A DNA stretch of 64,000 bases, from assembly GCA_964564685.1 (NCBI GenBank), contig CAZMBC010000001.1:227206-291205 (forward strand). The letters are read 5' to 3'. Origin of the DNA: an uncultured Christensenella sp. Its GTDB lineage: Bacteria > Bacillota > Clostridia > Christensenellales > UBA1242. A program made the position numbers and the translations under genes. The notes under the pieces are model-generated. The model worked only from the letters and a program-made list of their open reading frames with translations. It was not told where the DNA came from and did not search any database. Below, in pieces: positions 50,488-59,964 of the stretch; position 1 is the stretch's first letter; each line of letters starts with the position of its first letter.

Positions 50488-50838
50488 CTAAAGCATGATG
50501 TCAAAATTGCTGTCGTTAGAGGTTTGATCGTCCTGTTTTTCATCGTCAGTAGTGCTTTCAGTTTGTTGCTCAGAGGGTTTAAAAATAGCATCACTAGAGC
50601 GATTTTTGCTTAACACAAATGGCAAACTTACGCCCACGATTGCCACAACAACTAGCATGCAACTAGCTAAAATTCCCACCCACTTTTTGTGAGTAGAATA
50701 ACTTTCGTTAATAATTTCCAACTTATTGTTATAAACTTTAACATCGTCAACAATTTCCTTTTTTATAATATTGTAATTGTTGGGCATTATTGAGTTTACT
50801 TCTTTTTTAAGCAGTTTTAAAATGTCTTTATCTTTCAC
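50488..50838 (-). CDS. Putative single-pass anti-sigma factor
   Basis: 116 aa with one central TM helix (WVGILASCMLVVVAIVGVSLPFVL). Its start overlaps the sigma-factor stop by 11 nt. Confidence 0.4.
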   Translation of the reverse strand: MKDKDILKLLKKEVNSIMPNNYNIIKKEIVDDVKVYNNKLEIINESYSTHKKWVGILASCMLVVVAIVGVSLPFVLSKNRSSDAIFKPSEQQTESTTDDEKQDDQTSNDSNFDIML

Positions 50839-51355
50839 TTTCGGCTTCCAAATTATTCCTTAATTTTTTTAATGAGTTGTTATAACTCCAAAGCACTGTT
50901 CCCAGTGGTTTGTTAATTAGTTCGGCAATTTCGCGATGTTTGTAACCGCTAACAACATGAAGCAAAATTATACAAAGCTCTTCTTCGTTTAGCACTTGTT
51001 TGCAAATGTTAAAAATTGGGATGTCCGCATATTGTGCCATTTCAGAAACTGGTTCTTTCTCGTTAAAATCTGATACTAAATTGCGAGATAGTTTTTTGCT
51101 TTCGTTAATGCTTATATTTTTAGTAATAGTAAGAATCCACGCCAAAGCATTGGTGTTGGGCTTGTATAAGTGTATTTTATCGTTAATTTTAATATATGTA
51201 GATTGCATAATATCGCAAGCGTCATGTGGGTTTTTAACAACACTTAACGAAACACTAAAAACAGCCTTGCGCGTAATATTGTAAATGCTTTCTAGCGCGT
51301 TAGCATTGCCGTTTTGCAAACTTATTAAATATTGGTTTAACAGCTTGTTATTCAC
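50828..51355 (-). CDS. ECF-type RNA polymerase sigma-70 family factor
   Basis: Region 2 (DACDIMQSTYIKI) and region 4 HTH (YKHREIAELINKPLGTVLWSYNNSLKKLR). Likely GTG start at 51355 after a GGAGG RBS; the track start is 51385. Confidence 0.75.
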   Translation of the reverse strand: MNNKLLNQYLISLQNGNANALESIYNITRKAVFSVSLSVVKNPHDACDIMQSTYIKINDKIHLYKPNTNALAWILTITKNISINESKKLSRNLVSDFNEKEPVSEMAQYADIPIFNICKQVLNEEELCIILLHVVSGYKHREIAELINKPLGTVLWSYNNSLKKLRNNLEAESER

Positions 51356-51555
51356 ACGAACACCTCCGTATGAATATAATAACACACCGTAACGAATATT
51401 TCAAGTTTTAAACATAAACTACATATATTAAACATTTATACTAGCCATTTTATTGGAGTTTTTATAAATAATCTGCATAACAATTTACATAAATTAATAT
51501 TGACTTTTGTTTTTTTATGCTTTATAATTACATTGATATAACAAGGGGGAAAATT

Positions 51556-51747
51556 ATGAAAAAAAATATTTTTAACATTATCGCTGTGCTGTTGTTTATT
51601 TTTATGATTGTTTATCTTCCTTTAAAAATAGTTTACTACGACCAAAAAATTGCCGATGCAGATAAAGAGTATGAAGAAAGCATGCCAAAAGCAAGCGTTT
51701 CGGCAAACGATATTGAAAGTATTATTGTTAAAAATAATTTAAACTAA
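51556..51747 (+). CDS. Small single-pass membrane protein (63 aa)
   Basis: GGGGGA RBS, then MKKNIFNIIAVLLFIFMIVYLPL as a TM helix. Confidence 0.45.
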   Translation: MKKNIFNIIAVLLFIFMIVYLPLKIVYYDQKIADADKEYEESMPKASVSANDIESIIVKNNLN

Positions 51748-51780
51748 AAAAAAGTAGAATATAGTGTTCTACTTTTTTTA
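51746..51780. terminator. Bidirectional rho-independent terminator
   Basis: AGTAGAA (51753-51759) pairs with TTCTACT (51767-51773), flanked by an A-run and a T-run, between convergent genes. Confidence 0.75.
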
Positions 51781-52713
51781 TCTGTTTTTGCTTATATTTT
51801 GATTTTCGTCTGCGCTTTGGTTTTCGGGTTCAACTTTGCCCATATATATCCATTGGTCATCAACATTTTTCCAAACATCTCCAAAGTAAGCTCTGCCATC
51901 GTTTGTAATATAGTTGCCGTGAGAGTTGTGTAAAGGATTGCCGAAAATGTCGTCAAAATAGAAAGTAAGGTTTCTGTTTTGTTCTTGTTTTTTGTCCTTG
52001 TATATGTCGTTATAAACGCTATCACTTAAACAAAGCGACAAATCCTTATAAGAAATGTTCTTAAGCAAATCTTTTGCGCGTCCAGCCTGCATGGAGTTAT
52101 TTAAAAAGTACACCTCATCAGGGTCAATACGCCCATTTAGGATATGTTGTTTAAAGTTAAACTCAACTTTTTCAATGATATTGTCTATTATGTCTGAATT
52201 TTTGTTTAAGTCCTTAAGGTTTTCAAATAATAAATTGTAATGAGATGCTTCGGAAAGGATTTTGGATTTGTAATCCTTTAACGCTAGCAATGCGTTAATG
52301 CTAAAATAGTCCGCCGAAACCTCCGCCAATGAAAACACATTAGCAAAAGATTCGTTTATTGCCCTGTGAACAGAAATTATTCTTTGCTCCTTTGGGTGTA
52401 AAGAGGTGCTGTAAAAATAAAACCCATTGGTCTTAAGCGCCAATTTGTCTATTTCGTCATTTGTTTTAGCAAGCTCCACACGCAAATAAGCGCGCGCAAT
52501 TTTGTTGCTGGCCTTATATTTGGCTTGTTTCGAAAGTTCCAAGTAGTTCGTTTTTCCGTCTATAAAATCTTGATATTCCTTGTTTAATGCACGAATATAA
52601 GTTTGTAATTCTTTTGAAAGGGTAGAAAACCTTGACCTGTTTTTTTCATATTCTAAATATTGATTAAAAAGTTTTTCGTCCTCAAGTATTTTTTTTGCAA
52701 CTTCGCCGTTCAT
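51778..52713 (-). CDS. Hypothetical protein (311 aa)
   Basis: Clean ORF predicted to be soluble. No motif recognised. Confidence 0.5.
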   Translation of the reverse strand: MNGEVAKKILEDEKLFNQYLEYEKNRSRFSTLSKELQTYIRALNKEYQDFIDGKTNYLELSKQAKYKASNKIARAYLRVELAKTNDEIDKLALKTNGFYFYSTSLHPKEQRIISVHRAINESFANVFSLAEVSADYFSINALLALKDYKSKILSEASHYNLLFENLKDLNKNSDIIDNIIEKVEFNFKQHILNGRIDPDEVYFLNNSMQAGRAKDLLKNISYKDLSLCLSDSVYNDIYKDKKQEQNRNLTFYFDDIFGNPLHNSHGNYITNDGRAYFGDVWKNVDDQWIYMGKVEPENQSADENQNISKNR

Positions 52714-52785
52714 ATTGCACTCCCTTTTTAAATGTTAATATTATTTTAACAAATATTTACTAGTTTATCAACCCCAAATTTTTAA

Positions 52786-53451
52786 TTAATCAAAAGGCCA
52801 AAAAAACTGCAAAAAAAGTTCGCTAAACACACTATGATTTTTGCGTGAATAAAATTCTACCTTGCCTTTAATGTTTTCAAACTTAAAAGCGCCATATCTG
52901 CTAGAGTCCAAACTAACGGCGCGGTTGTCGCCCAAAGCAAAAAATTCGCCTTCGCCCACAACATAGTCTTTACGCACACCATCGCCATCTTCAAACTTGC
53001 TAGGGTAGCGGCTTATTAAACTATTTGCTCCCTCGTACATATTTAGATAGGTTACAGTTAAGCCCTTTTGGGCCTTTACATATGGTTCTATTAATGGCTT
53101 TCCATTTAAAGTAAGCGTAAAAATATTTTCCCCGTCTGCCCCTTGGGTTATGTTAAAATTTATGCGGTCACCCTCCATGGCAATTATGCGTTTCATATAG
53201 TCTTGACTGCTTGAATATTTAAAAACCACCACATCCCCATAGGTTACATTCTGTGTGGGTAAATAATAAACTATGTCTTGGTCGTGATACAAATCTTCCA
53301 TGCATTTGCCGTCCACATTTACGCCCACGTATATAAACGAAAACGCGTACATCATTACAACCAAATACAAACACACCGCAACAAAAAGATTGCCTAATGC
53401 GCGTGGCAAAAATCCTCGTTGTTTTGCAAAAATATTCTTTTTATAGTCCAT
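52786..53451 (-). CDS. Signal peptidase I (S26)-like protein with Cys at the nucleophile position
   Basis: N-terminal TM helix. Box B reads NVDGKCMEDLY where the family has (V)DG(D/S)SM(x)PT(L). Box D YMKRIIAMEGDRI keeps the general-base Lys. Box E FFALGDNRAVSLDSSRYG is conserved. Confidence 0.7.
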   Translation of the reverse strand: MDYKKNIFAKQRGFLPRALGNLFVAVCLYLVVMMYAFSFIYVGVNVDGKCMEDLYHDQDIVYYLPTQNVTYGDVVVFKYSSSQDYMKRIIAMEGDRINFNITQGADGENIFTLTLNGKPLIEPYVKAQKGLTVTYLNMYEGANSLISRYPSKFEDGDGVRKDYVVGEGEFFALGDNRAVSLDSSRYGAFKFENIKGKVEFYSRKNHSVFSELFLQFFWPFD

Positions 53452-53741
53452 ATTTAATCCTTATAATACTATGTTATCATATTTTGCTTTGTTGCCGTAA
53501 ATGTTTTTTAATATATTCCTAATTTTTTACTAAACAACTGCGTTATATAACACATCAACCCTCACAAATTCACTTTACTTTGTTGTGCGTTTGTTATACT
53601 ATATTATAGTTAAACTATAGTACAAACATACAGCCTGGTCTGCGCAAAACTTTACACAAAAGATGTTTGCAATTTAAGTTTTCCGCAATAATACGCGTCC
53701 ATAGTGTTTTGAGATAAATTTCACTATGCCCGCAACAATAT

Positions 53742-53816
53742 GCGTCCATAGTGAAATGGATATCACATAAGTCTTCGGAACTTAGATTTCGGGTTCGAGC
53801 CCTGATGGACGCACCA
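53742..53816 (+). tRNA. tRNA-Arg (anticodon UCG)
   Basis: Manual cloverleaf: acceptor GCGTCCA/TGGACGC, D-stem GTGA/TCAC, anticodon stem TAAGT/ACTTA with loop CTTCGGA, T-arm TCGGG-TTCGAGC-CCTGA, discriminator A and encoded CCA. 75 nt. Confidence 0.85.
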
Positions 53817-53850
53817 CTTTGATATGAAAAAGCAAGGGGGAACAAAATAA

Positions 53851-53876
53851 AAAGATTGCCATTAATGGCAATCTTT
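53851..53876. terminator. Bidirectional hairpin terminator between tRNA-Arg and the convergent 556-aa gene
   Basis: Perfect inverted repeat AAAGATTGCCAT/ATGGCAATCTTT (53851-53876) followed by a T-run. Overlaps the stop codon at 53875-53877. Confidence 0.6.
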
Positions 53877-55545
53877 ATTTTGTTTCTGTGGATATATTGG
53901 TCCAAGTTTCTCCACATATCGAACATTTATATGTCTTTTTATGCTCTTCATAAGTTTTGATTTTCTCTACATAGGCATTTCCTTTATTATCATAACTTAC
54001 ATGCCCATCTGTTACAGTTGTTGGATACGATGTAAACTTTCTTTCTATTTCGTTATGTGAACTCAATACATCGTCATTTATTACTATGCCTTCATGGCCA
54101 CATTTTTTGCAATAGCAAGTTCCTATAGAGTACTTACACATTGAACCATATACTCCAAAACCAAGGGCCATTAAACCTGAAAAACATGTGAACGCTGAGT
54201 CTGATAGAATAATAATAAGAACTAAGCATACTATAGCAAACACCCCAGAAATAGAGAAGCAAACAATCGATTCTATCTTTTTATGTTTTGCAGGTGTTTT
54301 ATTTTCATCTAACTGTGGGGCATTTGGACAGTTATTATAGTACTTATATTTAGCAATTAAGTATTTTATTTTTTTAAGTTCAAACCATGCTGATGTTATA
54401 AAAACAATTATTATTGGTAAGAGGGCAAGCGCGACTATGGGTGAATTTTGTAAAGAGAATATAAAGCCAATAACAATTGCTAAGCCAACTAAACACCAAT
54501 TTATTATTTTATGCGTAATATATTTTTTCTTTGTTGAATTGTATTCTTTTTCAATTTCTGCTTGTTCTTCTTTTGAAGCATGACTTAATTTCATGTTTTG
54601 TTTTGAATATGTATCTTCGTAATACATTTTGGCTATGTATTCAACTTCTTTTCTTTCGTCTTCATTAAGTTCGTCCATGTCAAAATCTAAATTATCAAGT
54701 GAATATTTCTTTAATGCTTTTTCTTGCTTAGTTAAATTCCACTTATTATCTTTATCTTCAAGTTGTACAATATATAACGCACCTATTGCGTATCTATAAC
54801 AACAATCTTTAACTTCTTTATCTTTTAATTCTTCCCAAGATATTTGTTCTTGATTATCTTCTTTAATTTCACTATTTGGCATATTGACTGCTAGGTTATT
54901 TGTTTCTAACTTTTTATTATCTTGTTTTCTTGCTAAACACAAAACAATTGTGATTACATTTAGAATTATAGTTATACACAACACAACCAACATACTTATA
55001 TTTCTTGCCATATTATTCATTAAAACCATGGTATTAGGTGGTGAAGCAATAATCCTATCAACGCAATCATTTAATAAATTAATTGACTCCTTTGATTTTA
55101 GGAAATTTTCTTCATTATTTGCTGTTGGAAAATTATAAATATACACTCTAAGGCTCTCATATTTGATATTTCCGCTTTCATTATATTCAAGATTATTTGT
55201 AGGAGAAACATATAATTCAATTTCTAAGTCGTTATTAGATTTAAATCTATGTCTAAAAACACCTTCATAAGTATATGTAATATAAAAATAATCAGAAAAA
55301 TTTGTTGCATTGGTTTCATAAGCTAATTTACTTGTATCAAACGCAAATATATAATTAGGGTCATTGTTAACTTTTTCCCATTCACTAATCATGTAATCAC
55401 AATCATCTTTAAAATTTTGAATCTGTACTTCGTATTGCTCTTTAAATGCTTGCAATTTTCTTCTTTGTTCTAGTTCGTCATGTGTATAATATGAAAATAA
55501 ACTCAATAAACCAATTGCAATAATCATAGGGATTAAAGAATACAA
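53875..55545 (-). CDS. Multi-pass membrane protein with C-terminal double zinc-ribbon (556 aa), unknown function
   Basis: At least 5 hydrophobic helices. C-terminal CKKCGHEG...CSICGETW pairs. Central acidic coiled region. Confidence 0.55.
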   Translation of the reverse strand: MYSLIPMIIAIGLLSLFSYYTHDELEQRRKLQAFKEQYEVQIQNFKDDCDYMISEWEKVNNDPNYIFAFDTSKLAYETNATNFSDYFYITYTYEGVFRHRFKSNNDLEIELYVSPTNNLEYNESGNIKYESLRVYIYNFPTANNEENFLKSKESINLLNDCVDRIIASPPNTMVLMNNMARNISMLVVLCITIILNVITIVLCLARKQDNKKLETNNLAVNMPNSEIKEDNQEQISWEELKDKEVKDCCYRYAIGALYIVQLEDKDNKWNLTKQEKALKKYSLDNLDFDMDELNEDERKEVEYIAKMYYEDTYSKQNMKLSHASKEEQAEIEKEYNSTKKKYITHKIINWCLVGLAIVIGFIFSLQNSPIVALALLPIIIVFITSAWFELKKIKYLIAKYKYYNNCPNAPQLDENKTPAKHKKIESIVCFSISGVFAIVCLVLIIILSDSAFTCFSGLMALGFGVYGSMCKYSIGTCYCKKCGHEGIVINDDVLSSHNEIERKFTSYPTTVTDGHVSYDNKGNAYVEKIKTYEEHKKTYKCSICGETWTNISTETK

Positions 55546-55557
55546 AAAGAAATTTTT

Positions 55558-55656
55558 TTATTTTCCTTTGCTCTTAACCAATAAAATTATACTTGGAACA
55601 ACCAGTACTGCTACCATTAAACAAACATAAGCAATCACAACAGGAACGTCAACCAT
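55558..55656 (-). CDS. Candidate 32-aa hydrophobic micropeptide
   Basis: Manual translation gives MVDVPVVIAYVCLMVAVLVVPSIILLVKSKGK*. AAGGAG RBS 6 nt upstream. It ends 12 nt before the 556-aa gene start. Confidence 0.35.
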   Translation of the reverse strand: MVDVPVVIAYVCLMVAVLVVPSIILLVKSKGK

Positions 55657-55842
55657 ACTTTTCTCCTTTAATGTTAATATTATAATTTTTTAATCAAAAT
55701 AAATCAACTGTTTGATATACAACACCACATTAACTAGTGTTTAAGTTATATTTTATAAGTTGCTTGTTCTCCCGCTAAATAGTGTTTATGTTTTGTAATT
55801 TTTACAAAAGCAAAATAGTTAAAAAGTAATTTAATAATATTG

Positions 55843-55871
55843 TTGACATCGTTGGCTTTCTTTGTTAAAAT
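55843..55871 (+). promoter_or_regulatory. Near-consensus promoter for tRNA-Ser
   Basis: TTGACA (55843-55848), 17 nt, TAAAAT (55866-55871), about 65 nt upstream of the tRNA. Confidence 0.6.
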
Positions 55872-55935
55872 AATTTTGCGTTTAAATGCAAAAAGGATGC
55901 GCGTTTAAACAATATTTTAATATTTTATTATATCT

Positions 55936-56026
55936 GCAGAAGTACTCAAGTGGCTGAAGAGGCGCCCCTGCTAAGGGTGTAGTACGGGAAACCGTAGCGA
56001 GGGTTCAAATCCCTCCTTCTGCGCCA
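55936..56026 (+). tRNA. tRNA-Ser (anticodon GCU)
   Basis: Acceptor GCAGAAG/CTTCTGC, 3-bp D-stem, anticodon stem CGCCC/GGGTG with loop CTGCTAA, long variable arm, T-arm GAGGG-TTCAAAT-CCCTC, discriminator G and encoded CCA. 91 nt. Confidence 0.9.
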
Positions 56027-56060
56027 AAAAACCTAACATAATGCAAGTTAGGTTTTTTTA
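56027..56060 (+). terminator. Rho-independent terminator after tRNA-Ser
   Basis: AACCTAAC (56030-56037) pairs with GTTAGGTT (56047-56054), followed by a T-run. Confidence 0.8.
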
Positions 56061-56193
56061 TTTTAAGTTTAAGGTATAAGTTAGCTTAATGTGTTATTTT
56101 CAAGATTAAATTTACATAAAATAGTTTGACTATAATCAAAAAAAAGAATAAAGTATTAATAAATATTTATAAAAAAACGGAGGGAAAAATAAA

Positions 56194-57081
56194 ATGGGGA
56201 ACAAAAAACCCGGAACAATTTACAGTGTTTTATCTAATGCTGCATTAGTGGGATTGTTCTTATCGGTAGGGATATTGATTGTTGGGATTATGCAAGGCAC
56301 ATTAAATGCGGGCATGGTTCTTATACTTTCAATTTTATCAATAATCTTTGGTGGCTGTGCGCTGTCATTGGTGTGGGTGCGTAATTTGGAGCGTAAAAGA
56401 TATTTTAAAACTTCTATTGTATTTTTGGCAATTACAGTAGCATGCTGTATATTATGGATAGCTTGCGCGATTGTAATTTATAACATGGTTAAGTCGGTAG
56501 ACCAAGGTACATTCACGGATGTTAAACTTGCCAAAATGCTTAACTTTATAAGAATATCGCTTGTAATAACTGTTCAATTTGTGTTTGCAAATGTAATAAC
56601 AAGAAACATTATTCGTTACAAGAAAAATTTTGTTGCATTTCAAATTATCCATTATTCTAGCTGTGTTTTTGTAGACTTTTACATTTCAATGCTTGCACTT
56701 GCGGTAAGATTTAAGGAATCGGGTGCGGATATAGTGCTTAAATCTGGCACAACAGAATTTTTGTTTAACGGCGTAATGCTAACCATATTTATAGTTGCGT
56801 GCGTATATATTGCCATTTCAAACTCGGTGCTTCAATCCATCGCAAGAAAGAAGAGTGGTGGCAAAACGGGCAAACGAACCGTTCTAGATTCGTTGTTTGA
56901 CGAACCAGAGTTCGAGGAAGACATTAAACAAGAAGAAGCTTTAGAGGTTCAAACTTCACAAAAAGAGGATAAGGTTTCAGTAAAAAAACGCCTTAACGAA
57001 TTAAAGGCGCTTTATGATGATGGAATTATTTCAAAAGAAGAGTATGAACAAAAAAGAAATGATATCTTAAAAGATATTTAA
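56194..57081 (+). CDS. Multi-pass membrane protein with C-terminal SHOCT domain (third SHOCT protein in the window)
   Basis: 295 aa with about 6 hydrophobic helices. C-terminus LNELKALYDDGIISKEEYEQKRNDILKDI is SHOCT-like. Confidence 0.6.
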   Translation: MGNKKPGTIYSVLSNAALVGLFLSVGILIVGIMQGTLNAGMVLILSILSIIFGGCALSLVWVRNLERKRYFKTSIVFLAITVACCILWIACAIVIYNMVKSVDQGTFTDVKLAKMLNFIRISLVITVQFVFANVITRNIIRYKKNFVAFQIIHYSSCVFVDFYISMLALAVRFKESGADIVLKSGTTEFLFNGVMLTIFIVACVYIAISNSVLQSIARKKSGGKTGKRTVLDSLFDEPEFEEDIKQEEALEVQTSQKEDKVSVKKRLNELKALYDDGIISKEEYEQKRNDILKDI

Positions 57082-58193
57082 AAAGATTGCATGTGCAATC
57101 TTTTTTTATATACGCTAAAGGTTGCATACGCTAAAGGTCTAAAAGGTTTAGGAGTGCCAGTTTGTAAACTGTCACTTTCAGCATTTATTGAGTAGGTGTA
57201 GTTAAGGCGAGTAAGTCCGTTATCACCCACGGCATTGTTGTAGTTTGGCAAAAACTTGGCAAGAGAATACGCTGTAGCAATATTGCTGTAGGCCAAACTG
57301 TCGTTGCTATTAACGCCAATAATCTTGCTTGCATCCATAACAGCACAAGCATAGCTTTTAATTAGGTTAATAGCCTCAAACAATTGGCTATCCATATAGT
57401 CGCAGTCACTAACTATATTAAGCGTAACCTCACCATTTCCTGATGGGCTTAGTATAAAAAAGGCAACCTCTTTCATGGCCGAATTGACCACCGACCACGC
57501 CTTTTCTTTGGGCAACAAGCACAAAATAGTGTCCGCAACCCTTGGCTTTATGTATTTGTAATATTTAGAAGTAGTGTCCAAATAAAAAGGGGGATTTTCT
57601 ATTTGCTTATCTTGCGAATAGACCTCTTCTATTTTTTTGCAATCTTCCAAAAGAATAGGTTCTAAAACAAAGTTATCACAAACTAATGTTCCGTTAATTT
57701 TATCGCTTAAAAACTCAAAGAACTTAAAATTATAGGCCTGCTTAAGTTGTGGCTGAGTGATAATTTCAAACTCATTTAGCTCCATATTTTCCTTAACATT
57801 AAGCCCCATGTTAAGCAGTTTTTCGCATTCGCTTTTAAAGCCTAAAACGTTATTATTAAACAATTTGTGCCCATAATATGTTTTATAACAAAAAAATACA
57901 TTTTCGGCTTCCAAATGTTCCATAAATTCTTTAACAACGCTGTAAAAATGTTCATAAGTAAAGTTTTTCGAGCTGTAGCAAAGTTTTAAAAGCAAAAAAT
58001 AGTCGTGCAAAATAGCCGAGCTCTCTTCTTGCCCTAAATATAAATAGCTTTTGTATGGTGCGCCTTCAAAATTATATTCTTCCTTAGGAAAAGTTTCGTA
58101 AAAATTTCTGCTAGATATTTTTGAGGCAAAATTAGGCAATTCTTTTTTCTTTAAGATGTAATTTTTTAAATCAATAGAGTTGTTGCTTTCCAT
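57078..58193 (-). CDS. Hypothetical protein (371 aa)
   Basis: Clean ORF convergent with 56194-57081 (4-nt overlap). No motif recognised. Confidence 0.5.
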   Translation of the reverse strand: MESNNSIDLKNYILKKKELPNFASKISSRNFYETFPKEEYNFEGAPYKSYLYLGQEESSAILHDYFLLLKLCYSSKNFTYEHFYSVVKEFMEHLEAENVFFCYKTYYGHKLFNNNVLGFKSECEKLLNMGLNVKENMELNEFEIITQPQLKQAYNFKFFEFLSDKINGTLVCDNFVLEPILLEDCKKIEEVYSQDKQIENPPFYLDTTSKYYKYIKPRVADTILCLLPKEKAWSVVNSAMKEVAFFILSPSGNGEVTLNIVSDCDYMDSQLFEAINLIKSYACAVMDASKIIGVNSNDSLAYSNIATAYSLAKFLPNYNNAVGDNGLTRLNYTYSINAESDSLQTGTPKPFRPLAYATFSVYKKRLHMQSF

Positions 58194-58222
58194 AATATCA
58201 TTATATCAAACAAACGCGCCAG

Positions 58223-58948
58223 TTACAAGTTATTTATGCTAAAAGAATAGTCGCTTGTAATGTAATCCACGCCAAGGTCACACATTTTTTTTGCGGTTTC
58301 TAAATTGTTTACCGTCCAAACGCCAACCTTTAAGCCAAAGTTGTGAAATTGCGACACAAGTTCCTTTTTTATCAGCGCGTAATGTATAGATATATCCCAA
58401 TTATATTTAACACATTGTGTTAAGGGCTTTGCAAGCGGAGATTTTACTAACAACTGCAATGGCACATAAGGAAGCATCTGTCTTAAATACATTAATATTT
58501 TTTGTTGAAATGATATAAATATAACATTTTTTAAATAGTGTTGCTTTTGGATAATCTTAATAAGCTTGTTAAGTTCCTTTTGCGTAAAACTTGCTTTTAA
58601 TTCTATAACTGCAGTTTTTTTATACTTTTTGCAAATTTTTAGATATTGTGAAAAACTGCAAATGCTGTATCCAATGTCATAAAGTGGCTCATTTTTGTCA
58701 AAAAGTTTATACTTTTTCAACAAAAACCAGGGCGTTTCACTAATTTTAATTTTATTTCCGTTAAGGCGTTTTAAGTTACTATCGTGATACACTATAAATT
58801 GATTATCCAATGTAACTTGCACATCAGCCTCTATTCCAAAAAAGTTATCGTCCTTTCCGGCACAAACAAAAGCGGGGTAGGTGTTTTCCAAATATCTTGC
58901 GCTTGCACCCCTGTGCGCTATTAAATTAGTACTGCGTAATTCGTCCAC
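58223..58948 (-). CDS. Glycerophosphodiester phosphodiesterase (GDPD family)
   Basis: LIAHRGASARYLENTYPAF...GIEADVQVTLDNQFIVYHD and C-terminal VGVWTVN are GDPD signature blocks. Confidence 0.85.
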   Translation of the reverse strand: MDELRSTNLIAHRGASARYLENTYPAFVCAGKDDNFFGIEADVQVTLDNQFIVYHDSNLKRLNGNKIKISETPWFLLKKYKLFDKNEPLYDIGYSICSFSQYLKICKKYKKTAVIELKASFTQKELNKLIKIIQKQHYLKNVIFISFQQKILMYLRQMLPYVPLQLLVKSPLAKPLTQCVKYNWDISIHYALIKKELVSQFHNFGLKVGVWTVNNLETAKKMCDLGVDYITSDYSFSINNL

Positions 58949-59092
58949 GTTAATCCTCTTATAATCACAAAGTGTTATATAATTATATTATGCTCAAATT
59001 GTGTAAATTCTATATTTATTTTAACTAATAAATTGACAATTACCGACAACTATCTTATAATACTAATAACAGATTTAAAGTAGCGGATTAAG

Positions 59093-59752
59093 ATGGAACG
59101 AAAAAATTATATAAGCAAGTTAATATTTTTTGTAATTGCACTAACAATGTTACTTAGCGTAGTATTTTTTTGCGGGGCAGAAATTCGCCATGATGTAAGT
59201 GCAAGCACGCAACACACACTTATCTTTCACTGCGAGCAATATGACAGCACAAAAGCCCCTGTTTTGATTGTTGTTGAACATGGTTCTACATATGACATAA
59301 ACGAACTGCCTGAAATTCCTGCAACTAATGGCTATTACGAATATTATTGGAATATCACAGCAGAAGAACTAACAAATATAACAACGGATATTCATGTGTA
59401 TGCATATACTAGGGTTAATCCAGATAAAAAACACACAGTAACTTTTCTGTTCCCTGATGGAACAATAAAAACAGTTCAAGTTATGCATGGAGAGGATATT
59501 GTTGACCCACCTACAAGCGAAAACCTTGGCTTTGGCGAAAAAAACTCATATAATGTAAGTCTTAAAAATATCGAAGCCGATATGCAGGTTAATGTGACCA
59601 TTAACAAAACAACAAAATATGTTGTTATTTCAATATGTGGGGCGGTATTGGTTGCCGGTCTAACAGTTATTGTTGTGGTGCTTATTAATATGTTCTTTAA
59701 AAATAATAACAATGAGTTTGAAACTCCATCTAACGAGGTTTCACAAAATTAA
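59093..59752 (+). CDS. Secreted protein with C-terminal TM anchor (219 aa), possibly degenerate Flg_new-type repeats
   Basis: N-terminal signal-like helix and C-terminal helix YVVISICGAVLVAGLTVIVVVLI. The segments TLIFH...GYYEYYWN...VYAY and HTVTFLFPDG loosely resemble Listeria-Bacteroides repeats. Confidence 0.45.
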   Translation: MERKNYISKLIFFVIALTMLLSVVFFCGAEIRHDVSASTQHTLIFHCEQYDSTKAPVLIVVEHGSTYDINELPEIPATNGYYEYYWNITAEELTNITTDIHVYAYTRVNPDKKHTVTFLFPDGTIKTVQVMHGEDIVDPPTSENLGFGEKNSYNVSLKNIEADMQVNVTINKTTKYVVISICGAVLVAGLTVIVVVLINMFFKNNNNEFETPSNEVSQN

Positions 59753-59964
59753 GTTGTTTTAATTAACAAAATATAAAACAATCTTGTAATTTAAAATAGC
59801 CCATAATAAAAATTAGCATACAAGTAAAAAAATTAATAGTAAATCATAATTGATATACAAAAGTATATTTGTAAAAATAAAAACGAAAACAATCCTTAAA
59901 TATACAACAAAAATAAATGCAAAAACGAGATAGAGGCCTAGGACAATTGAAACTAGCGAAACAA

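Noticed and set aside
53790-53816. GGTTCGAGCCC...GCACCA initially looked like a tmRNA 3' end
   Set aside because: A complete 75-nt cloverleaf with anticodon UCG fits immediately upstream. No tag-peptide reading frame or pseudoknot region is evident, so it was called tRNA-Arg instead.
53615-53926. 103-aa minus-strand ORF in the track
   Set aside because: It overlaps tRNA-Arg (53742-53816) and a terminator hairpin on the opposite strand. It has no RBS and an odd composition, so it is a shadow ORF.
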